A stretch of 62,111 nucleotides of DNA, filler included, from Choristocarpus tenellus KU-1152 (Eukaryota > Protista > Phaeophyceae): assembly GCA_964200185.2 (NCBI GenBank). It is 9 parts of 9 records of this genome, joined end to end, with 100 filler letters (N's around TTAATTAATTAA, not from the genome) between each part and the next. Parts side by side here need not be neighbours in the genome. Positions count along the whole stretch, not along the records: positions 13,352 to 35,132 come from CAXNAD020000324.1; positions 35,233 to 40,225 come from CAXNAD020012247.1; 7 more parts are not named here. One strand, given 5' to 3'. Position numbers and translations under genes: made by a program. Below, in pieces: positions 25,801 through 37,411 of the stretch. Each line of letters begins with the position of its first letter. Position 1 is the stretch's first letter. The notes beneath the pieces were generated by a model. It ran no database searches. It was given only the letters and a program-made list of their open reading frames with translations, and was not told the origin of the DNA.

Positions 25801-28800
25801 GAGTAATATCTCCCCCAGTCTTTAGTAATAGTTAGAATTTTCACATTTGATGAACAATAAAACATGCCCCTCCACTGATACACCCGCACCCATTCAGCTG
25901 TATATTCTAATATTGTGATTTCCAACTAGTCTCATCTTCAATCTGATCTCACCTGACTCAGCCAATCCTCCACATATCCCCTGGCCTTGAGGTTCTTCCC
26001 CAAAGTCACTCTCTCTCCCTCAGATGAAATCATAGCATAGATGTCAATGGAACCAGGCTCTTCCCCGAAACTGAGGCCAACAAGATTATCAAAGCACTTG
26101 CGGAGGTGTGGTTGTACTGCTTGGGGATTCTTGGCCTGTGATAGAATCTCCAGCTGTTGAGGAAAGGGATAGGAGCAAAGTGGCAGATGAAGGCATGGTA
26201 AACCATGACCAGGGCAATGTCCTAGATGAGGTTGAAAATAGGGTTCAAAGTGTGGAGAAGGGCGAGGTGGGCAAACATACACATGCAGTACATTACAGCT
26301 TCCATTGCTTGACTTGTTATCTCCATGGAATATGGGAGACAGCTATGTTCATAATTAGGGGTGACATATCAACTAATTCGAGTCACTCATACTTCCCTTC
26401 AATATGCCTCCTGAGCATAGACATCTCTGCTTCAGCATGCTATGTGAGAAGGATTGCAATCTATTAGGAATTGCTATCAAGAATTAACTAACACTGTGCT
26501 GAATCTCACATACCATTGGGGATATGCAACAAACAGAGTACCACAGATCACGAACACACAGTATTGACTGAAGTTGCACATCTATCTCCCCTGTTCCCCC
26601 TTTCACTAATGCCGCTCTCACCAGTTCGTCATTGGATAGGAAGTAGAAGCGAGGGAAGGCAGCCCTCTTAGTCTCTAGGTAGTCCTCAAGACTCTTTTGG
26701 ATCTTATCCAGAGCCAAATTATGTGAGGCTAACACTTCCTTTCTGTCCTTCACAAGACCCTGGTAAAAGGAAGGGCGATGCAGAATCGAAATGGTAGTTA
26801 TTATTATTGCTATAGAATATCGAAATGGAACAGTACCATGATCAGTCCTTGCCAGTGAATCCCAATCAGTAGTTCATAGTACTAACCTTGAGCAAGTTCT
26901 AATGCCATACGGAAATCTACTTCATCCTTGTGTCACCATCATGTCTTGATGTTCCAGTCTATAGCTCAAATTGTTTCTCTTTTTGCAATCTGCCGTCAAC
27001 CTGCAGTCCAGCTTCGTATTTCTTTTTTTTGTGACAAAAAGCTCACTGGCAATACCTGGCCTTTTTATCTACGTACCAACCTGCTTCATAGCCAGTGGTT
27101 CATCTGCTGTATTGACCATAATGTGCCTCCACGACTTGTCTACTGCCTGGAACATCTTGGCTGCTGTGGGTAGCTGCCGCATGATGTCTGGGGAACAGAA
27201 TATGGATTCAAGGTACATCCAGTTCCTCTGACATGTCATCCATTCATCCAGAGTTTCCTGGGGCGAGGCAGCAGTTGTTGTGAAGCGGGAGAGAAAAACA
27301 CTTAGAACAGATTACAGGATAAATAATTCCGCCTCATTTCCCCTTTCTTTGTTCACTCAACTTATGTGCTATGTACTACAGACATGTGCTTGGGCAGTCT
27401 TGCCCCTTAGAGTCAGAGCTACTGACAATGGAAAACCTCTATTGACACCAAATATGCATCTACCCAAGTAATGGAAATGAATATCATTAGCACATCATTG
27501 ATATTGATAGCTTTGGCGCTAGCTCTTCTACCCTATTCCTCTTCGCTGTACCTGTCCAATTCCCAACCACCATACCTTTCCAAGCTTGACCCTCTCTAAC
27601 CTGCAACGTAACAAGTTTTCCACGCCAAGAATCAACCATATCCCGGATGCCGCTAACGTAGCGACTACTGAGCACTGTATTGATGGTGACAAGCGAGTCA
27701 TCAAGGTTGGCCGCAACCTCTGATGTGTCCCCAAGGATAAAGAGGTCGTTCACATCCTTGTACGTCTTCACCTGCACTTGGGTCAGGTTTGGTTTTGTTG
27801 TGAGCTAAGTATTGTGGGTAGGTGGTTGAGTGGATGAATGAGTGGGCAGGTGGATAAGCACGCCTGTATCTGTGGCTGTATCTGTATCTGTATCTGTATC
27901 TGGGCCCGTGATTGTGTATGTCTGCGTCTGTGCCTGTCACTGTGCCTCCATCCCTGTGTTTGTGTGTGGCTGTGTCAGTAAGTGCATAACCACATGCACA
28001 TGAGCTTGAAGATCCCATGTAGGCTAAATCTACATCTGTTTAAGCATTTGTGCATCAGGCGTCCTTGAGCAAGGGTATCAGCAATGGGACAGGGCAAGAG
28101 CATAAGTTGTACTATAAATGACAATCATAATAAGAGAGGTAGATCATTGCAGAGGATGAACAGTAAAATAGAGCAAAGTATGGTTGATCACGAATGCAGG
28201 ATTTGAAGCAACACACTAACCTCAAACTCAGTGGTTTCCCACATCTTTGAAACTTTTGCCATCATCTCCTCCAGCACTGCCTCTTGTACGGCTGAAGTGG
28301 CACAGTTTGTGATCTCCTCGTGAAAGGACGTTACCTGTGTAGTAGAAAGTGAGATTGGGGGAAAATTTTGAATGCTCTACCGATATTCTTGTGGAAAGTC
28401 TTGGCAAGCTTGGAAGTACTCAAACATAGAGCCCTTTCCTGGGAACTTGAAAAACATAGGGAAAATACCAACTTGTTTCAAAAGTACTTCAAGTATTGCA
28501 ATCATCCCGTGATCTCTCCCCTCGATCTCTTGTCTGAGAGCCAAACCAATTGAGGGGTAGGCATGCTTGGACCCTTTTGCAATTTAAGCAATCTTTCTTA
28601 CTCTGTGTAATACACACTCTATTTCAACTGCTTTATGTATATAATAGTGTGGGCAAAATTGTTATTCCCCCTCTCTACATACAAAATGATGCCATAATTC
28701 AGCAAAAATGTTATTTCAGCAGTTGTACACAATGCCATATTTTTGGCTTTTCTTGGGATCCTTAGATGTAATCCTGCCTGCCTCTAGGTTGCTTCGACTC

Positions 28801-31800
28801 CTGATACACTTACACCATCAATGTAATAACCCACACCATTGTTACCTTCTTGTCAATGAGGTCCCCAAGTGTGAGATCATCTTGCCCCTGTATGGTGAAG
28901 CCTATCAGTTCGTGAATTTGGTCCCAGTGCCTTGCTTGTAGGCTATCATTCCGAAGGTCAACTACAACAGGAAGGACAGGACTGAACTTGTCCACGTCTT
29001 CCTGGAAAACCAAGGACAAGTGTATAGTGGCAAAGGAGGTCAGGAGGGGAAATTGTGTTCGGTGATATCGTTGGTAAGTAGGAGGAGAGAAGGGGAGAGA
29101 TCAATAGAGATATCAATAGGGTGGGGTAGAGTTGGTGTTGACCATTGACTGCAGACTATTTGATGGATGTCATATCATAAACCAAGGCATTCTAGAGAGT
29201 TCCCTTGTATTCATCAGTCTTCAAAACACCTAGGATTCAATCACTTCCTCTTCACTAGAAGGTTCATGTACTATCCACGTGCTACCAAACTTTTGCATCC
29301 TACCCCACATTTCCAGCCACTATACTCTAGGGGTGCCATTGAACACTTCCGTCCCCTCCCATCAAGTGTACAGTGGGCAGCAGGGTAAGAATACCTGAGT
29401 CAGGGACAGTCCATGAGTGGAAAAGGGGGATGGTGATTTTTTTTTTTCTGGGTATTACTGTAGAAATGTATATGATTTCTCACATCTCTCTGCTGGAATA
29501 TAGTATACTCCAGAGGTACTCGTATAGTTCTTGAGCCCTCATCTTCACCTCTAGAGCTCCCACCTCTCACACCTCAACCCTCTCCTCCCCCTCCCCTCTT
29601 GACTCCAAATCTTACTTTTCAAGTCACTTTCATATTCACCTTAAGCCTCTTTGCCACGGGATTGTTTGGGAGTCCCTTTGCCGCCTGGTGTGTCGTGCGG
29701 TTGTATTGGCTCACATATTTCTCTAGGAGAGAAGCGTCTATCTCCTTGAACGGGGAAATGAGCCAATTCTCTGTCAGCTCCTTCCACTCCTTCACCCCAG
29801 TCCAAACCCGTTTCTTTTTGGTACAATGGGAATAAGGTGGCAGTATTGTCGTTTATGTTGGTGGTGTGCTGCACTGTGGTAGACATAAAGAGGTGGGGTT
29901 GTAGCTGGAGGGAGATATTGAGGTGTTGGAAAGGTGTTGTGTTGGAAACTACTCTTATCACTATCTCTGTTGGTTGACTTGGAAATACAGCTCTGAGGTG
30001 ATGGAACCAACGGATCTGTTATTTCCTTATCTAGCTGAGTTTTCCTTGCACTAAAAAGAATGTTTTCAACATGAGGTCGGCCTTCGCCAGGATCCATCCC
30101 CGTGGCCGACCTTCCTTATCTCTCCCCGCCTCCGAACACATTGTGTGACCTTATGAAACCTTTAACTGCCACAGTGACAAGTCAATCTCGTTCAGCTTTG
30201 TCCTCCTCACACCTTGCCCGTCCACCACCAATATTGCACCCTATTATACCATTTTACTCACCTTAAGAGTGAGATCGGCGACCACCTCCTCCAGGATATC
30301 ATACTCATCCACAGGTTGACTGAGAAGCGCCTAATACAATTCCGAACACACCCAAAAACAATAGTGGTGCTTTGTTGCTTATTCGGAAGGCATAAGTAAG
30401 AGTGGATCCGAAATGCTGAGAATGTTTCCTGGGTCATTCTTTAATCTGATTTCCTGAACTGAGTCAGGGATCTTCCCAACTCTCTTAGGCCGGTCCTTGA
30501 ACTCAAAGAGTAAAATATTATGTATGTACTGTTGGTAGCACACAGCATAGTCACCACCTATCATGCCAGTCAATAGGTAGCATGTACATTGATACATGCC
30601 CAGAACGCTCTAAGGTAGAATCATAATTGTCTCTGGGTTAGCCTTTTGGCTCAGATAGATTTTGGTTGATGAGTCAAAGTATCTTAGAGGGTAGAGCTGC
30701 GTCCATTTGGGGGTCAAAATCCAATGTTGCGATTTTGATNNNNNNNNNNCCTATTCCGAAACATTTTGGATAGGAAAATGTCATTAAAAAAACCCATAGG
30801 AAGCCAAGCCCCAAACGGAAAAACAGGGCAAATCTCGTACCCTCTAAGATACTTTCACTCTGATGCCTGCATCTAACAGCAAAATGACCATATTGTCTAT
30901 GTCATGCATTTGCTAGTCCCTCCTCTCCATCCCCACACCCTCTTTTCTTGCAGTGGGAGGGCACACAACGTGTAGTCCTTTAGAATAGCAGCTTTCCTAC
31001 ATGCTCACCCTTCATCCCTCAACTCCAGTACTTTCCCCTAGCTTATGTGCATTGGTTAATGTATACTTGTGTGTGATTCCGATATTGTGTGTGTTTATTT
31101 CTTCGTGTTTATTTCCTTGCAGCAGCCATAGCATCCTCCTCGCCTTATCTCCCTCACCAAGTCATATTCTCTTCCCGCCTCACCTGATACTCCATGAGCT
31201 GTTCAGAACGCTCCTTGTGTTGCATCAATCTATCCTCCTCCTGTTTGAGGAATGCCAGCACCTTCTCTGCCGGGGCCTCGAGGCTGGCAATAAGGGAGTT
31301 ATCGAGCTGCTCCCTAACCTGAGCAATCTTTTTCACCAGCTTAGGGACCTGGCGTGTAGAAATAGACGCAAAGTGATGAATACCATCTCAATTCAGGTGG
31401 TCCAGAGAGCAATCGAAGCACAACAATAATCCCTCTCTGCCACTTTCCCAATGTACACAGAGCCATAGTATCTTAGAGGGGAGAGCCGTGTCGATTTGGG
31501 GGCCAATATTCGATGTTGCGATTTTGATGTAATTTTGGCTATCGTGTTTGTTGAAAAGTGTCAATATCCATGTTCCGGAAACACCTTTTCATAACATATG
31601 CACTTTACCTACTCCCAAACATTTTGGAGTAGGTAAATGTCATAAAAGAACCCATGGCAAGCCAAGCCCCAAATGGACAAACAGGGAAAAAGTCGTACCC
31701 TCCAAGATACTTTCACTCACAATCATACATGGTCACTTGCACTCACACCTCAATGACTACACAGCTATATCCACAATTGGCTAAACTCCCAATGAATGGC

Positions 31801-34211
31801 TTGGTCCATTCCCACTGTGTTTCCAACATAGTTCCTTCCATTTCTGTTCCCATACATGTTTATCCTATCATTACAAAAGGTCTCTTCAAACTCAATTCCA
31901 GCCGTATCCTCTTCCCAGTATTTTGTCTCCCTATCTCTATTTCAGCCCAAAGTCCCTCTCCTTTCTCCCATCTTCCACTTGAAACTTGATTCCCATACCT
32001 CGTCCATTATAACATACCAAAGCTCATTCCAAAATCTAACCCAGTCAACTCCAAAGTCACTACTCTGAAGTAGTCGAAAACTAGAAATTTTAGTATTTCC
32101 CTACCTCTTCCCGAATGGACTCAGCAAATCGCCGTGTCTCTTCCTCCTCCACAGAGTCTGCTATCTGCAGTAATGCCACCACCAAAGTTCATAAGTTGAA
32201 CAAGAGGTGAGATCTGGGTCTGTGTGTAAGAGCTCAAAGTTCGTGGTTTGATTTTCGATGACATCACTACCATCTCTGTCATGATAGCTTGAACTGCCTC
32301 AATATAAGTGTTTAGTTGGCGATAAGTGCGTATGAATCTGTAGGAAAGGGGGATGGAGGTGAGAATAGGAGTGGGAACCTTACCTGCATACCATTCTCCA
32401 AGACCGTCATGTTCTCGTCCACCATAAGGAGGTTTGCTCTCTGGGTCTCAGGGACCCTCCAGTTGTAGTCCTTCATCAATGCTGCCATATCATGGAGGCG
32501 CTTACTATCCTGTTGGAGGAGGGGGGTGTCAACAAGTTAGGCGTTCTAGCCAATCGAGTGATGAGTTTTCTTGCAATTATTGCAGCCCCAAGAATGGTGT
32601 AACCAGAACAACACCACTCAGACCCACGGAAAAAACAACCCAAAGAGAGGACAAGAATTCAAAGTGAGGCTATTGTGAAGGTCTCAATATGTCCTCGCAC
32701 CTCACGGAAGCGGTGCATGTGCTCATGAGCAGCAATCACGGCTTTCTTCTTGAGTATAAAGTCTTCCACGCTGGCACTAACCCCTGTGATATGGGGTATC
32801 ATGCCACCAAGCTCATCAAGAAGGACTGAGCTTCCACCTTCTATGAGCTCAGGTAGCAACTCCCTAATGGCGTGGAGACACTGCACTGGGCTGGGCATAA
32901 GTTGTGTACGAATCTGCTCACTATCCACCTCCATGATGCCCACCTTCATGGGTTGTTGCAAAGGGGTAAATGTTGCGAGGAGTCTATCAGTAGTGGCTGA
33001 CTGCACAAGGGTGTATTGGTGATATGGTGGGACACTGCAAATTGTTTTGGAAGTAAACCACGTTACAATGTGCTATTTTCAAGTAAAGCACTTCCATAGT
33101 GTGCATTGATGTTTGGCTATATTGTTTGTGGAAGTGCTTCAGCTTCGCTCTGTCGAAACCCTGAGACAAGGTCGTAGACCAGCAGAATAGACTGACCTTG
33201 ACGTAGAAATCTACGTAGTATGAACATTGGAGAAGCTAACTAGACTATGCTGGGTAAGAAGGATGATCCTTAAAGAGTGTGGAATATTACACTCCTATAT
33301 ATAATAACGCTCAACTCAACACTCAGTAGATTATCCCACTCGGAGCAAACAAAGTGTCTCTACCTTGCCTGACCAAAACGCTTTTTTAAGGTGTGTATAC
33401 TGTACTCCAACAAGAAATATATATGAATCATGCACAGTAGAATACTGTGCATACCTTGCATCATTTCCTACATGTAGGACAACGCAATGAGTAAGGCCAG
33501 GTTCACTAATAATATGAGGAAGTAAGTATGAGGGTAGAATCAAGGATGTATGCTTACACCCACAGTTGGTTTTGGGGTTAGGGTGAGCTAGGAGGAGTTG
33601 AGTAAATTCTGAATTGAGGTTGGAACTGGTGGAAAAGACTCTAGACATTTGGGATGAATACGGATCCTTGACGCATGCAGCTATGCCCAAGTGCCCTACC
33701 ACATCAAATAGTGCCTTCAAGCTTGCTCATCTCCAACATGAGGTTATGAAGAGGGGATTCTGGAGGGCAGACACATATTATTGAGTGAATACATCTCATA
33801 GGAATTTCCAATGGTCCAAAAGTTACCTTTCACACCAAGTGCCCTACATGTCAATCTCGTAATATATATGAAATAAATCCGTTTTCTGTAGTATGACAAA
33901 CCTTGACATATTCCAAAGATGTTTACCGCCCCTTCCTTATCCCCCCTCTCTCCCTACCCAACAAAATGACTCATACGCTTTTGCCCCACTACAGTCCACC
34001 GGAAAACACATCATCAAATTAACTCTGATCTTACCACGGCTCTTATGGGTATGCCTTGAAAATCAAGGGTCATAGATTTGTACTTGTCCATCTCAGTCCG
34101 AAAGTCTTCAAGCGAACTCCCTTTGTGAACCTCTTTCACAGAACTGGTATACACATTGTTCTCCTGGAAGGTGTCCACGTATGGCTCAAACACACTGATA
34201 TAATCTGATAC
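13879..34211 (-). CDS. DNAH6: Axonemal inner-arm dynein heavy chain, DNAH6-like, partial (both ends run off the contig); 29 exons, about 1377 aa
   Basis: Hand-spliced exons in transcript order: 34035-34211, 32701-32943, 32384-32509, 32105-32164, 31184-31348, 30262-30330, 29640-29813, 28846-29001, 28221-28334, 27601-27771, 27081-27257, 26622-26759, 25953-26153, 25358-25462, 24655-24740, 23396-23543, 22741-22871, 21659-21926, 20647-20814, 19555-19728, 19037-19186, 18005-18097, 17673-17840, 17325-17402, 16971-17038, 16655-16766, 15905-16030, 15057-15221, 13879-14000. The frame is continuous and the borders are GT/GC-AG. Diagnostic motifs: [66 protein letters not shown]1 Walker [48 protein letters not shown]2 [36 protein letters not shown]. 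The dynein heavy chain call is secure; the DNAH6 subfamily call comes from recalled motif similarity only. Confidence 0.95.
14120..14662. mobile_element. Nested MITEs: a family A copy (14134-14391) inserted in the left TIR of an A' copy (TSD aaca), in a dynein intron
   Basis: Removing 14134-14391 and one ttt restores ggtcaaaatcatttcagagggtag, which matches the right TIR ctaccctttgaaatgctctggatc. The outer flanks are aaca/aaca. Confidence 0.85.
16373..16629. mobile_element. MITE family A, TSD tcgg (dynein intron)
   Basis: gagccaaattatcttagagggtag...taccctctaagatactttcactc. Confidence 0.9.
24016..24537. mobile_element. Family C MITE containing a nested family A copy (24060-24318, TSD ggat), in a dynein intron
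   Basis: Outer TIR aacataaatgagaggtacccagg / cctgggtacctctcatttatgtt. The inner element is gagtcaaagtatcttagagggtag...taccctctatgatacttccaatc. Confidence 0.85.
30671..30860. mobile_element. MITE family A, TSD tgat (internal N gap)
   Basis: Family A TIRs flanked by tgat/tgat. Confidence 0.9.
31460..31718. mobile_element. MITE family A
   Basis: gagccatagtatcttagagggg...taccctccaagatactttcactc. Confidence 0.9.
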
Positions 34212-34568
34212 CTGGTTCAGCCACGCACATATCAAGGGGTGGAGATGAGACATGGAAACAGGAAGAGTAAAGGTTGTGTAGTTTGGTTGGGGCAAGGTTG
34301 GAAGTAGGTTTATGGGTATCAGGTGGAAATGGAAAGCCGCTCATTGGAGTTCTGAAATTCGATATCAGACATTGTAATTGCTTAGTTTTAGTCACGTGTA
34401 ATCCAATAGCCAGGAATTCTTTCCAGGTAAGAAGAAACAAGAATGAGAACAGAAGAATTAGGGTTCAAATATACTTTATATCAAAACACAGTTGTTGTGC
34501 TCGTTATTTGTTTTACGTGGTTCAATGATGGTCTGTCATAGGAATGGACCAAACAATAAGTTTGGACT

Positions 34569-34827
34569 GACCCAAAGTATCTTAGAGGGTAGCGCCGCGT
34601 CCATTTGGGGGTCAAAATCCAATGTTGATATTTTTCTGTAATTTTGGCTATGGTGTTTGTTAGGAAGTGCCAATATCTATGTTTCGGACACACCTTTCCA
34701 TAACATATACATTTTACCTACTCCAAAACATTTTGAAGTATGAAAACGTCATAAAAGGACCCATGGGAAGCCAAGCCCCAAATGGACAAACAGGGCAAAA
34801 CTCGTACCCTCTAAGATACTTTCACTC
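34569..34827. mobile_element. MITE family A, TSD gact
   Basis: gacccaaagtatcttagagggtag...ctctaagatactttcactc, flanked by gact/gact. Confidence 0.9.
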
Positions 34828-34946
34828 GACTGCAAACTCTTTTTGGTGTGTGGAAACCAAATCTTTACAAAAAACAACCTGCCTTTTTACAAAAGTTCAC
34901 TTGTTATTAAATATATGTCCTAGTTCCAACACAAGTACAATATTAT

Positions 34947-35125
34947 GGGTCAACGTATATGGGGGGGGGGCGGTTGTACATTTGGGGCCAATTTTTTGAT
35001 GTCGCGATTTTTGGGTGATTTGGTTCCATATGTTGGATGGATAATGAAAGGACACTTTTCCTGGTTTGGGTTCAAACTTACACTCTGGTGTAGAACCCCC
35101 CCCGCCCCCCCAGATACTTTGGGTC
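34947..35125. mobile_element. MITE family B
   Basis: gggtcaacgtatatggggg...ccccagatactttgggtc. Confidence 0.85.
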
Positions 35126-36198
35126 TATGCGCNNNNNNNNNNNNNNNNNNNNNNNNNNNNNNNNNNNNNNNNNNNNTTAATTAATTAANNNNNNNNNNNN
35201 NNNNNNNNNNNNNNNNNNNNNNNNNNNNNNNNGGCCGGGAGGTATTTCATGTATGGGGTGTGAGTCTCTGTTTGAGGGGGGGGGGGGGCACACTATTATT
35301 GTTGTGTGTTTCCATTGTTTCATTCTTCTTCTGTTTTCATCCTCTACGTGGAGCATTCACTACTCTGGTCGCACAATATTAGGGTTAGGGTTAAAGTTGA
35401 CCAGAATTGTCGTGTAAGGAACTTCTGGAAGACTATTTTATCGTTGAGATCCATCGTAGAAGTGTTGCAAGATTAGTATGATCCTCAGTAGTGGCATGTC
35501 CCCTGCCTGACTAATAGGCAAGATGAGCCTATCTGATTGGTCAAGCATGATCTAATGCAATGTTCGGGCTCGCATGCTCTTAGGGTAATTATTCCTCACC
35601 TGCTGGACCACTCAAAGTGTGTAGTAATGAATTTTCATATCTAATAATAGCAATATCAATTTTGCTAACGTTTGCTTTGAGGCACAGGCGTTGGGCCTCA
35701 AAAGGGTTAGTGATTTCTAGACTTTACAACTATGTGCGAATTTTGTATGGGTTGTTTCCATGTTGGGTTTTTGAGCAATTGTTGTTGGTTCATCTGTTTA
35801 GTTTTGCACGATTTGAGGTGGTTGGCCAGCTAAGCAGCTTTGCAAAAATATGCCATTGATGCAACTAGTGAGGGATGAGGGGTAATGATTCCAAAGCGAG
35901 ATGGTTGGGGGTGGAGTGGGACAGGGAACAAGTGAGACATATGGCGGATATCACATCCACAAGAGCACACCTGCATCATGAATTCTCCCCCTGTGGGAAG
36001 CTGTGACACACACAGGTCTCTTGTGCTTGTTGAACCAACAGTGTCTTCCCAGCACTTTGCTTCTTATCTCCTCGCTGAACCGCCCCACTTCCCTGCATCC
36101 AACCAGACCTAAAGACTTGAGCAGTTCAGTGTATTGAAGTGTGAAAGCTCTCCCACTACAGACAATAACAAACACAACCTTTCAAAGGAGAGTGCTTA

Positions 36199-36458
36199 GA
36201 GTCCAATTATCTTAGAGGGTAGGGCTGCGTCCATTTGGGGGTCAAAATCCAATGTTGCGATTTTGATGTAGTTTAGGCTATCATGTTTGTTAGGAAGTGT
36301 CAATATCCATGTACCGGACACAACTTTTCATAACTTACACACTTTACCTACTCCTAAACATTTTGGAGTAGGAAAAAGCCATAAAAGAACCATGAGAAAC
36401 CAGGCCCCAAATGGACAAAAATAGGGCAAAACTTGTACCTTCTGAGATACTTTCACTC
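36199..36458. mobile_element. MITE family A
   Basis: gagtccaattatcttagagggtag...taccttctgagatactttcactc. Confidence 0.9.
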
Positions 36459-37153
36459 TTAAGGGAACTCCAGTCGCAGAGGCCATAAATCCTACCCTCC
36501 CCGCTGCACTGTACTTCCCCCAGGGCCCCCACCACGAGAACACTGTGTGCAGTAAGACCAACTGGGTTGGTATCAAGTTGGCAGTAGCACATGGTGAGTT
36601 GCCCACGTGGGCTGGCCGAGGAAACATTCCAGATGGTTCCAAGTCCTACATCCCCAGGTATGTTGGAGGTACGCTCTTATGGTGGATGACTGAAAGCCTT
36701 CGCTGAAGAGGGCAAGTAGGGAATCAGGAAAGTTAACAACATATAATAATTGAGGTACCTTTCCTTGGAGAACTTGTGGGAGATGACGGATAGATCAGGT
36801 CAATTCTTGCAGTTGCGAGTCAGACCTCTTCCTTGCGTCTTAGATATAATTGATGATGGACGTCGCATTAGGCCTTTGCCCCGATCTTTGGGGAAGAACA
36901 AAAAATCTCGAGAGAAGTAAGCAAGTGGTATACTGTAGTTGCCTGTTGCCAATGACATGAGGTAAGAATGAAAATGAAAATAATGTTTTTCTTCAAGTTT
37001 GATCTACAGTTTTTGCATTTCGACAGCTCAGTTTTGGTCAGACTATTATGTGCACTCTTGCCCTATGTCCAGACTCAAAACCCTATCCCTATGCATGCAG
37101 TCATGGTGTGAACTCTAACAATTAATGTGTTCTGATGCGTGCTAGATACCTTT

Positions 37154-37411
37154 AAGCCAAAGCATTTAAGAGGATAGGACCGCGTCCGTTTGGGGGACAA
37201 AATCCAAAGTTGCGATTTTGATGATTTTCGGCTATCGTGTTTGTTACAAAGTGTCAATATCCTTGCTCCGGACAGATCTTTCATAGTCGTATACATTTTA
37301 GGTAACTGTGTTTACGCAGAAAACCGAAAAAGGGCACAACAAACTCGTGCGAAGCCAAGCCCCAAACGGACAAACAGGGCAAAACTCCTACCCTCTTAAG
37401 TGCTTTGAGTC
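37154..37411. mobile_element. MITE subfamily A'
   Basis: aagccaaagcatttaagaggatag...ctaccctcttaagtgctttgagtc, with an internal sequence like family A. Confidence 0.85.

Noticed and set aside
14120-31718. MITEs acting as introner elements in the dynein gene
   Set aside because: All copies lie inside larger introns, and none coincides with a splice donor or acceptor.
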